Positions 55,286 through 64,000 of a DNA stretch of 64,000 bases are shown piece by piece (positions within the stretch are counted from its first letter, which is position 1; every line of letters begins with the position of its first letter). Source of the stretch: an uncultured Pseudomonadota bacterium (GTDB taxonomy: Bacteria > Pseudomonadota > Alphaproteobacteria > Rhizobiales > Xanthobacteraceae); NCBI GenBank assembly GCA_963732895.1, contig CAVTBG010000009.1, positions 192,005 through 256,004 of the forward strand, read 5' to 3'. The notes below the pieces were generated by a model. It ran no database searches. It saw only the letters and a list, made by a program, of their open reading frames with translations, and was not told the origin of the DNA. Made by a program: the position numbers and the translations under genes.

Positions 55286-56899
55286 TCAAGATGCGCCGCG
55301 CACCTTATCGATCAAATGTTCGACATCGGCTGGCGCGCTGTCGCCGCGCCAGGCGACATGGCCATCGGGGCGCACAAGTACGAGTTTTCGCTCGTAGAAT
55401 TCCGCCGCATCGTCCGAGTCGATGTCGTGCACCGTGAGCGGCACGCTGCGCGCAGCTGCCATCTGCACGATCGTTTCGGCGGGCGGTGCGCCGGCAAGAC
55501 GCAGCAGCACGAAACCGCGGCCGAAGAGATCGAGCGTCGATAGGCCATCGCCGAGCCAGACATGCGGCGCCCGCGCACCAGGCCGCGCATTGGCCGCGTA
55601 ATTTGCGGGATCGTCGGGCGGCGGCGGGGAGCCGTCGGCAATGCAGATCGGCGAATTCTCGTAGGTGTAGCCAATCTGCAAACCCAGCGTGCGGAATTCG
55701 CCGCCAATGCCACGTTCTAGCATGGCGCCGAGTTCGCGGCGCGCGCGCTCGCCGGCGGATGTGTCGTCGAGCACTGCAGGCGACCACTGCGAGAAGGCCT
55801 CGTTGTTCTGGTAGAAGCTGGTCGCCATGCGCACGTTGCGGGCGCCGACCGGCCGGCGCTCGGCGTCGTAGCTTTCGATCAGGCGCGGCCCGCCCCAACC
55901 TTGCAGCACGGCAGCGAGTTTCCAGCCGAGATCGACCGCGTCGCCAACGCCGGAATTCATGCCGAGCGCGCCGGTTGGCGACAGTTGGTGCACGGCATCG
56001 CCGGCAAGCCACACGCGGCCATCGCCGTAGCGTTCGGCAACGAGGCTGCGGCGGCGCCAGACATTGACGTCAATCCATTCGACGCCGATGTCGCGGCCGA
56101 GCGCGCGGCGCAGGAAGCCTTCGCGGTCGACGCTTTCAGGCGTTACGTCGTCGCCGGCCTGGTCGATCATCAGCCGCCAGATCCCGCGCCCGGGATCAAT
56201 GATGCGCAAATTGGCCCAGGCGCCGCCGTGGTCGATGGGGATGAAGAAGGTTGCCGGCTTCTGCCCGCTTCGTTCGAGCAGGCCCGGCGCGCGGAAGAAC
56301 AGGTTGAGCGGATAGCCGATGGTGCCCTTGCCGGTGAGCTCGATGCCGAGCTTGCGCCGCACCAGGCTGGTGGCGCCGTCGCAGCCGGCCAGATAGTCGG
56401 CGCTGAGCGCATAGCGCTCACCGCTTTCGACATCGGTGATTTCGGCGGTGACGCCGTTAGGCCCTTGTTCGAACGACTCCAGCCGATGCCGGTGCTTGAT
56501 GGTGACGCTCGGAAACGAACGCGCGAACTTCAGCAGCATCGGGTCGAACCAGATCTGCGAGCAGGCCTGCAGCCGGTAGGGGCTCGCCGGTTCCGGAACC
56601 TGATGGTCGCGCGCCGGGCGCTCGACCCGGCCGAGCTCATAGCCGAACAGGCTGGTGACGAACACCGCGTCCAGCGGATGGTCGCCGGGGAACGGACAGT
56701 TCATCACCTGATCGGCAATGCCCCAGCGCCGGCAGAACTCCATCGTGCGGGTGTTCACCTCGTTCATTTTCGGCGTGACGATGCCGCCATCGCCTTGCTC
56801 GATCAGGGTACAGGCAATACCGCGCCAGCCGAGTTCGGCGGCGAGCGCGAGACCGACCGGCCCCCCGCCGGCGATCAGGACTGGTGTGTGGCCGTGCAT
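55286..56899 (-). CDS. FAD-dependent monooxygenase (PheA/TfdB aromatic hydroxylase family)
   Basis: GGGPVG, GCDG, LAGDAVH, GMNSGVGDA, LVRPDGHVAWR. Confidence 0.92.
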   Translation of the reverse strand: MHGHTPVLIAGGGPVGLALAAELGWRGIACTLIEQGDGGIVTPKMNEVNTRTMEFCRRWGIADQVMNCPFPGDHPLDAVFVTSLFGYELGRVERPARDHQVPEPASPYRLQACSQIWFDPMLLKFARSFPSVTIKHRHRLESFEQGPNGVTAEITDVESGERYALSADYLAGCDGATSLVRRKLGIELTGKGTIGYPLNLFFRAPGLLERSGQKPATFFIPIDHGGAWANLRIIDPGRGIWRLMIDQAGDDVTPESVDREGFLRRALGRDIGVEWIDVNVWRRRSLVAERYGDGRVWLAGDAVHQLSPTGALGMNSGVGDAVDLGWKLAAVLQGWGGPRLIESYDAERRPVGARNVRMATSFYQNNEAFSQWSPAVLDDTSAGERARRELGAMLERGIGGEFRTLGLQIGYTYENSPICIADGSPPPPDDPANYAANARPGARAPHVWLGDGLSTLDLFGRGFVLLRLAGAPPAETIVQMAAARSVPLTVHDIDSDDAAEFYERKLVLVRPDGHVAWRGDSAPADVEHLIDKVRGAS

Positions 56900-56927
56900 T
56901 CAGGTGGGTCGGACGCTAAGCGTGCCG

Positions 56928-57518
56928 CTACTGGTCTTTGTTGCTGAGGCGTTCGATCTTCTTCTGCATCTCTTCGAGCTGGCGCTTGAGTTCGTCCATC
57001 TCGCCGCCCGATCCGCCCGCCGCCGCTTGCGGCTTGTCGGCTGCCGCTTTGTCCTGGCCAGCCCGCGTGAAGGGCGTAAACATGGCGAAAGTCTTCTCGA
57101 ACATTTCCATGTTGCGCCGCACTTGCTCCTCGAGCGGACCGAAGCCGCTGACTTCGAAGGCCTGTGCCATCTGATCGCGGAACTTGCCCTGCTGCTGGGT
57201 AAGCGACGACATCGACTGTTCGAGATAGCGCGGCACCAGCATCTGCATGCTGTCGCCGTAGAACCGGATCAATTGCCGTAGGAACGCGATCGGCAGCAGA
57301 CTTTGGCCTTCCTTGTTCTCCTGCTCGAAGATGATCTGCGCCAGCACCGAGCGCGTGATGTCTTCGCCGCTCTTGGCGTCGTAGACCACAAAGTCCTCGC
57401 CAGCTTTCACCATGGAGGCCAAGTCTTCGAGGGTCACATACGTGCTGGTGCCAGTGTTATAAAGCCGCCGGTTGGCGTATTTCTTGATTGTGATTGGCTC
57501 TTTTTCGTTTTCTGCCAT
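56928..57518 (-). CDS. phaR: Polyhydroxyalkanoate synthesis repressor
   Basis: TIKKYANRRLYNT, GEDITRSVLAQII, FLRQLIRFYG. Confidence 0.96.
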   Translation of the reverse strand: MAENEKEPITIKKYANRRLYNTGTSTYVTLEDLASMVKAGEDFVVYDAKSGEDITRSVLAQIIFEQENKEGQSLLPIAFLRQLIRFYGDSMQMLVPRYLEQSMSSLTQQQGKFRDQMAQAFEVSGFGPLEEQVRRNMEMFEKTFAMFTPFTRAGQDKAAADKPQAAAGGSGGEMDELKRQLEEMQKKIERLSNKDQ

Positions 57519-57749
57519 GAGATCACACGTTCCTCCCTGCCCAGATGGTGAGCATAACCGCATTCCGGCGGGGTGGGCCAGCCGTTTTGTGGCGGCGCGG
57601 CAGGAAATTGGGGCGCTGCGGTAACCCTTGCGGCGGCGTCAAAAAAGCGCCAATTGTCGGGGATATCTGCAAGTTGTCCGTTATTGACAGGGTTCCCCTC
57701 GCCGCTAAGGATGCGGCAGTGCCAAAAAGCGGCCTTGCCCCGCAACTAA

Positions 57750-58984
<1,235 letters not shown>

Positions 58985-59037
58985 GCACCTGCTTTGCGTG
59001 TGTTGAGCAACGGGAGAAAATAGCACTACAATTATCA

Positions 59038-59075
59038 GCGCGCCGGTTAAGGGAACGCCGGCGCGCTTGGTTTTT
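59038..59075 (+). terminator. Intrinsic-terminator-like hairpin between phaA and phaB
   Basis: gcgcgccgg-N11-ccggcgcgc followed by ttggttttt. Confidence 0.5.
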
Positions 59076-59155
59076 GATCCAGGTCTTTGATCCAAGTCAT
59101 GGCCGGCTCGCCTCAGCCATGGCGCAAGGAAGAAACTCTCTGGGAGGGACGACGG

Positions 59156-59881
59156 ATGGCTCGCGTAGCGTTAGTCACAGGCGGCACCCGCGGCATCGGC
59201 GCCGCGATTTCGAAGGCGCTGAAAGCCGGCGGTTATTCGGTCGCGGCGGTCTATCACGGCAACGACGAAGCGGCGGCGAAATTCAAGGCCGAAACCGGCA
59301 TTGCGGTGTTCAAGTGGGATGTGTCGTCGTTCGAAGCCTGCGCCGATGGGGTCGGCAAGGTACAGACCGAGCTCGGGCCCATTGAAATCTTGGTCAACAA
59401 CGCCGGCATTACCCGGGACTCCATGTTCCACCGTATGAAGCCCGAGCAATGGTCGCAGGTGATCAACACCAATCTCGGCTCGCTGTTCAACATGACTCGG
59501 CAGGTCTGGGAAGGCATGCGCGAGCGCAAGTTCGGCCGCGTCATCAACATATCGTCGATCAACGGCCAGAAGGGCCAAATGGGCCAGGTCAATTATTCCG
59601 CCGCCAAGGCCGGCGATCTCGGCTTTACCAAGGCGCTCGCGCAGGAAGGCGCGCGCGCCGGCATCACGGTGAACGCGATCTGCCCGGGCTACATCAACAC
59701 CGAAATGGTGCAGGCGGTGCCGAAGGATGTGCTGGAGAAGAATATTCTGCCTCAGATCCCGGTCGGCCGTCTGGGCGAGCCGGAGGAGATCGCGCGCTGC
59801 GTGGTGTTCCTCGCTGCCGACGACGCGGGCTTCATCACCGGCTCGACGCTGACCGCGAATGGCGGGCAATACATCGCGTGA
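59156..59881 (+). CDS. phaB: Acetoacetyl-CoA reductase
   Basis: VTGGTRGIG, NNAGITRD, GQKGQMGQVNYSAAKAG, TANGGQY. Confidence 0.96.
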   Translation: MARVALVTGGTRGIGAAISKALKAGGYSVAAVYHGNDEAAAKFKAETGIAVFKWDVSSFEACADGVGKVQTELGPIEILVNNAGITRDSMFHRMKPEQWSQVINTNLGSLFNMTRQVWEGMRERKFGRVINISSINGQKGQMGQVNYSAAKAGDLGFTKALAQEGARAGITVNAICPGYINTEMVQAVPKDVLEKNILPQIPVGRLGEPEEIARCVVFLAADDAGFITGSTLTANGGQYIA

Positions 59882-59897
59882 GCAGCCCGGCGCTCGC

Positions 59898-61130
59898 TTA
59901 GTCGGCGGTCCACCATCCAAATCGTCGCAGGACGGTCCCAACGGGAGCCGCCGCAAGGGCTATGAGAAACGGCTCTATCGGGAGGCGGTAGCGCAGGGAA
60001 GCGATCGTGACGACGTGCACGATAGTAAAGTAGGCGAAAAGCAAAAGTAGCGGCGCGAACGCCAAAAGCCGGCGCCGCCATATGATCGCGGAAACGATTG
60101 ATAAGATGAGCACTGGGCCGAAGCTTGCGATGCTGATGATTCGATAGATGCTCTTGCCGAATTCGGACGCGTTGGGGACGATGTTCCAAAACCGAATAAA
60201 TTTGAGGCCCACAAGCCTCAAAAAGGCGACCGGGTTGCCGGTTATGTAACGGACCGCCTCGGCGCCATACGCGCGCTGTCGTTGGATTTCATTCGGCAGC
60301 GCGTCTATCCGGGCGACAACCGCCGGATCGACGTCCTTGCCCCAGTCGATCCCACCCGACGTGTTTCGCGGGTTGTTGCCAACATACAGGTTTGCGGCCG
60401 CACTCGTCGTAAACGGAACAAACACACCAAGGACAGTATAGTTGCGCCACCACCACGGGGTGAGCAGGGCGGCGTAGATCAGCGCGGATACCAGAGCCGC
60501 GCGCAACGTCAGTCGCCAATTGCGCGCGGAGAGCGTCGCCGCGGCAATCAAGAAGGGCGGCAGAACTGTCAACGTTGCCTTGGTATAGAGCGCAAGCGCA
60601 AATAACCAACATGTCACGAGAAACACGGCGTCAAGCCGAAATCCTCGATCGCGCCACCAATAGAGAGACGCAATCGCAGCGATAAGAAAGGTATTGAACA
60701 AGGTCTCGCTCAGTAGCAGGCCCTGATAATAGACCAGAAAGGGATATAGCGCCGTCATCACAAATGCACTTGAGCCGATCGCGCGGTCGTCAAAGATCCG
60801 TCTCGCGATCTTTCCAACCAGAAACGCCTGCAGCAATAAGAGAACGGCTTGAACGATCCGAATCGCGATGATGGCGGCGTTCTTGCTCGCGAAGATTGCG
60901 ATGAAGGCGGAAAAAAATGCGGCTGTTCCAGGCATTTCCCAGGCGCGACTACCGCGAACCGAGAATGCGCCAGTCGCCGCCATATGTGAGGCGCTTGCGA
61001 AAAAGCGATGCTCGTCAGGAAAGACAGTCCCGCGGGGGAAATAAAAAAGATCGATCAATATGCAAAGGAACAGCGATATTCCGCCGACTGCCAGATACCA
61101 TCGACAATCAGCATATCCGCGGCTTTTCAC
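59898..61130 (-). CDS. GT-C fold glycosyltransferase (family 39/ArnT-like)
   Basis: Polytopic; FPDE acidic motif, LLSETLF, YTKAT, WWWRNY, LRYRLPIEP; lower GC; start uncertain. Confidence 0.8.
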   Translation of the reverse strand: MKSRGYADCRWYLAVGGISLFLCILIDLFYFPRGTVFPDEHRFFASASHMAATGAFSVRGSRAWEMPGTAAFFSAFIAIFASKNAAIIAIRIVQAVLLLLQAFLVGKIARRIFDDRAIGSSAFVMTALYPFLVYYQGLLLSETLFNTFLIAAIASLYWWRDRGFRLDAVFLVTCWLFALALYTKATLTVLPPFLIAAATLSARNWRLTLRAALVSALIYAALLTPWWWRNYTVLGVFVPFTTSAAANLYVGNNPRNTSGGIDWGKDVDPAVVARIDALPNEIQRQRAYGAEAVRYITGNPVAFLRLVGLKFIRFWNIVPNASEFGKSIYRIISIASFGPVLILSIVSAIIWRRRLLAFAPLLLLFAYFTIVHVVTIASLRYRLPIEPFLIALAAAPVGTVLRRFGWWTAD

Positions 61131-61196
61131 ACTGAGCCTCTCAACGCGCCCGATGAAGCGGGAGCAGCGCGGCCTTGTGACTTCCGAAGCCAGCGC

Positions 61197-61871
61197 TCAA
61201 TGAAATGCCAAGTACAGGTTGGATGAAAAGGGACCGAGCCGTAATCCCGTGTAGCCGACGGCGGCGCTTCGCCCAATGGGCGCTGCGAGCCGCCACAAGA
61301 GCTTCCGCGTCATGGGAACCAGATTTGCTTCGTCCGCCCATTCGGATTTTCCCGTGATCCTGCATGCGATCTTAAACGAATTGTCCCAGTAATGCACGAT
61401 TGGCAATGCCGTGTGGTGCTCGATGGGAAAAAACCGGTTTGGCACGCTGATAAATACGCGGTGGCCGACCCGGCAAAGCTCTCGCACGAACGACAGTTGA
61501 CTTTCAAAGCTGCCCACGTGTTCGAGGACGGCGTTTGATGCGACGATGTCGAATTGATTATCGCCGAATGGCAGGCGGGAATTTCTATTGATCTGAACGT
61601 AGTCGATAAGAGGAAAGGCCTTCTTGAATTCGAGGCCGGCTCCCAGGCCGCACGCGGTTATTTTGTCGTGATGCGTATATCGGCGCTCCAGAACGTTTGC
61701 GCCGTCGTTTATGACGTCGGATACGCCGACATCCAGAATAGTGTCGGATGGAGTGGGGCGCATCCGTTCGTAAAAATCATGCAAGATGCGGTCGCGCGCG
61801 AGCACGAGAAACTGCTCCGCCGTGCTTTCGGGCGGAACCTGCTGATAATATTCTTGATCTAAGGCGGACAA
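61197..61871 (-). CDS. Class I SAM-dependent methyltransferase
   Basis: ILDVGVS, LPFGDNQFDIVASNAVLEHVG, PNRFFPIEHHT; lower GC. Confidence 0.82.
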   Translation of the reverse strand: MSALDQEYYQQVPPESTAEQFLVLARDRILHDFYERMRPTPSDTILDVGVSDVINDGANVLERRYTHHDKITACGLGAGLEFKKAFPLIDYVQINRNSRLPFGDNQFDIVASNAVLEHVGSFESQLSFVRELCRVGHRVFISVPNRFFPIEHHTALPIVHYWDNSFKIACRITGKSEWADEANLVPMTRKLLWRLAAPIGRSAAVGYTGLRLGPFSSNLYLAFH

Positions 61872-61931
61872 GCGCGAAACCTGATGCTTTAAGTAAAAGC
61901 TTAAGCATCTCTGTTGGGCCGAGTCTAGGGC

Positions 61932-62780
61932 TCAGCGTCCTTGCTTCGATCGCCTCTTCTTCGTTGCGTTCTTTCCTGCCTTCTTGACGCTCTTCTTTGC
62001 GGCCGTCGTCTTCTGGGGGACGCTCCCGGTTAGCCTGCGTGCGGGGTTCCGCGGGCGGAAATTGCCCTCTGCCTTGTCGAGCCGCACGTTGAAATATTCC
62101 CAGGCGCGATTAAGCGGGCCCGGCGCCAGGTTGAAGCTGCCGGCGAGCTCGGCCTCTTCGGCGTTGAGCGGCCCGACATGGCCGAGCATCTTGGCCTGGA
62201 TCTGCAGCGCGGCGTTGTGGGCGGTGTAGATGCAGCGGAACACCAGTTCCTGCAGCGAAGTGCCGGCGACGGTGGCGCCATGGCGGCGCATCAGCACCGT
62301 CCAGTGCGGTCCGAGCGCGCGCGCCAGCGATGCACCCTGCTCGGACTCCTTCACGATCAGGCTGGTGTTGCCGAATTCGTCGCGGGAATCCCAGAACGGC
62401 ACCACGTCGCCCATGGTGGCGCCGAGATGGAACACCGGCTTCAACTCGGCGCCGGAGATGCAGAACGGTAGGATCGACGGCGCGTGATGATGGCATACCG
62501 CGTTCACGTCTGGCCGCGCCTTGAAGATTTCGCCGTGGATCACCCGCTCGCTGTAGATGCGCGACTTCGGCGGCGCGACCGGCTCTGAGTCGAGGGTGAA
62601 CTCGAGGATGTCTTCCGGTTGGATCAGCTCCGAGCCGCGTGAGCGCGACATGAGATAACGCCCCGGGTCGGTGGGATGGCGCATGGTGGCATGACCGAAG
62701 GCGTCGAGAACGCCTTCGAGCGCGAGTATACGGTTGGCGCGCGCGAGCTGTTCGCGCGCCTCGGCGAGTGCATTGGCCAC
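61932..62780 (-). CDS. Class II aldolase/adducin-family protein with a Lys-rich C-terminal tail
   Basis: DAFGHAT, SERVIHGEI, VCHHHAP, LMRRHGATVAG; GTG start at 62780. Confidence 0.88.
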   Translation of the reverse strand: MANALAEAREQLARANRILALEGVLDAFGHATMRHPTDPGRYLMSRSRGSELIQPEDILEFTLDSEPVAPPKSRIYSERVIHGEIFKARPDVNAVCHHHAPSILPFCISGAELKPVFHLGATMGDVVPFWDSRDEFGNTSLIVKESEQGASLARALGPHWTVLMRRHGATVAGTSLQELVFRCIYTAHNAALQIQAKMLGHVGPLNAEEAELAGSFNLAPGPLNRAWEYFNVRLDKAEGNFRPRNPARRLTGSVPQKTTAAKKSVKKAGKNATKKRRSKQGR

Positions 62781-62817
62781 GGACGGTTTCTCCCTGCGAG
62801 TTCTGTCCTGTTGGTTC

Positions 62818-63255
62818 TTAGCGTGTTTTGCCGCCCGGCGACCAGTCGGGCGGCGCCAGTTCGAAGCTTGCGAAGTCGAAACCGGGCGCGACCGTGCAAC
62901 CGACCAACGTCCAGTCGCCAAGACTTTCCGCTGCCTGCCAGGCTCGCGCGGGGATGGTCACCTGCGGTGCCTCGCCGGTGTGGATGTCGGCGCCGAGCCG
63001 CACGATTTCTTCGCTGGCGCCGTTGACGACGGAAAGCGCCAGCGGCGCTCCGGCGTAAAAGTGCCAGATCTCGACCGCGTCGATGCGGTGCCAGTGCGAG
63101 CGCTCGCCACGCGCCAGCAGGAATAGGATGGCCGTCGAGGCCGCGCGGCCATTGACGGTGTGGCTGTCGCGGAAGGTTTCGCGGAAGTGGCCGCCTTCCG
63201 GATGCGGTTGCAGGTCGAGCTTAGCGATGATGTCGGCGGCGGTGGGGAAGGGCAT
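62818..63255 (-). CDS. Cupin, DUF985 family
   Basis: PHPEGGHFRETF, SHWHRID...EIWHFYAG, LVGCTVAPGFDF. Confidence 0.9.
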   Translation of the reverse strand: MPFPTAADIIAKLDLQPHPEGGHFRETFRDSHTVNGRAASTAILFLLARGERSHWHRIDAVEIWHFYAGAPLALSVVNGASEEIVRLGADIHTGEAPQVTIPARAWQAAESLGDWTLVGCTVAPGFDFASFELAPPDWSPGGKTR

Positions 63256-63272
63256 GTCGAAGCCTCTCGGTC

Positions 63273-63351
63273 GTCATGCGCGAGCCCGACCCGCGCATCC
63301 ATTTTTTCGCGAAAGATGGATTGCCGGGTGTCGCGGCGGCCGGGCAACGAC
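63273..63351. repeat. Degenerate REPIN-like doublet (GTCATGCGCG...CGCGCATCCAT / ATGGATTGCCGGG...)
   Basis: gtcatgcgcgagcccgacccgcgcatccat...gatggattgccgggtgtcgcggcggccgggcaacgac. Confidence 0.65.
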
Positions 63352-63354
63352 GAA

Positions 63355-64000
63355 TCAGAATTTATCCTTCCGCCCGCGGATCTCCGCGAACACCTCCGCT
63401 GCCGGTCGGCCGGCCATGCCGATGTCGACCGCGAGGTCGGGCACGTCGGCGCGCAGGAACGGGTTGGCCAGCTTCTCGTCGCCGATGGTGACAGGAATGG
63501 TCGGCTCGCCTTCGGCGATCTGCTGTTCCACCTGTGCCGCGCGCGCCTCCAGCACCGGGTTCTCCTGGTCGATGCTAAGCGCGAAACGGATGTTGGCGGC
63601 GGTGTACTCGTGGCCGCAATAAACAAGCGTCTCATTCGGCAGGTCACGCAGCTTGAGCAGCGACTTCCACATCATCTCGGGCGTGCCTTCGATGACGCGG
63701 CCGCATCCGATGGAGAACAGCGTATCGCCAACGAAGGCAAGATGCTCTTGCGGAAACCAATAGGTGATATGGCCGAGCGTGTGGCCAGGGGTGTCGAGCA
63801 CCGTGCCGGCGAGTTTACCGACCGAAACTAAATCGCCCTGGCTCACGGTTTCATCCACCGCGGGGATTTTGTTGGCTTCCTTGGCCGGCGCCACCACGCG
63901 GCACTTGTACTTGGCCTTCAGCGCCTCGATGCCGGCGGTGTGGTCGGCGTGATGGTGCGTGACCAGGATGTCGGTGAGCTTCCAGCCGGTCTGTTTTAGC
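63355..64000 (-). CDS. gloB: Hydroxyacylglutathione hydrolase (5' part outside window)
   Basis: LVTHHHADHTAG, TPGHTLGH, GDTLFSIGCGR, YCGHEYT, NPFLR. Confidence 0.95.
   Translation of the reverse strand, partial: LKQTGWKLTDILVTHHHADHTAGIEALKAKYKCRVVAPAKEANKIPAVDETVSQGDLVSVGKLAGTVLDTPGHTLGHITYWFPQEHLAFVGDTLFSIGCGRVIEGTPEMMWKSLLKLRDLPNETLVYCGHEYTAANIRFALSIDQENPVLEARAAQVEQQIAEGEPTIPVTIGDEKLANPFLRADVPDLAVDIGMAGRPAAEVFAEIRGRKDKF

Overview
This 64 kb window is GC-rich (about 65% by eye) and densely coding, and looks like chromosomal DNA of a Hyphomicrobiales alphaproteobacterium. The family (Xanthobacteraceae/Nitrobacteraceae-like) is inferred from gene order and repeat types. Content from start to end: (1) 1-19 kb is an aromatic-acid super-cluster: IorAB-like oxidoreductase, TRAP transporter, MarR, thioesterase, SDR, thiolase, two tandem feruloyl-CoA-synthetase-like ligases, crotonase, DUF3237, then pcaIJ-pcaF-pcaHG. 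(2) 19.3-26.4 kb is the most unusual locus: an HTH-methyltransferase fusion, a MetF-like flavoprotein and four tandem core-only MetE-like Zn enzymes, with a different REP-type element in each spacer. (3) MaoC/ACAD/CoA-transferase, EmrAB-MarR, dehydrogenase plus lactonase, macrodomain-patatin-bdhA, Fur-family regulator, DMT and TPR genes. (4) ispG, a small accessory patch, CPA1 antiporter, ispA-mtgA-rpmF, ggt, GGDEF-EAL, ProVWX and an FAD monooxygenase. (5) phaR-phaA-phaB, a low-GC GT-C plus methyltransferase islet, class II aldolase, cupin and partial gloB. I found no rRNA, tRNA, CRISPR array or transposase. All functional calls come from recognising motifs by eye, and no database search was run. 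Start codons were adjusted manually where the ORF track over-extends.
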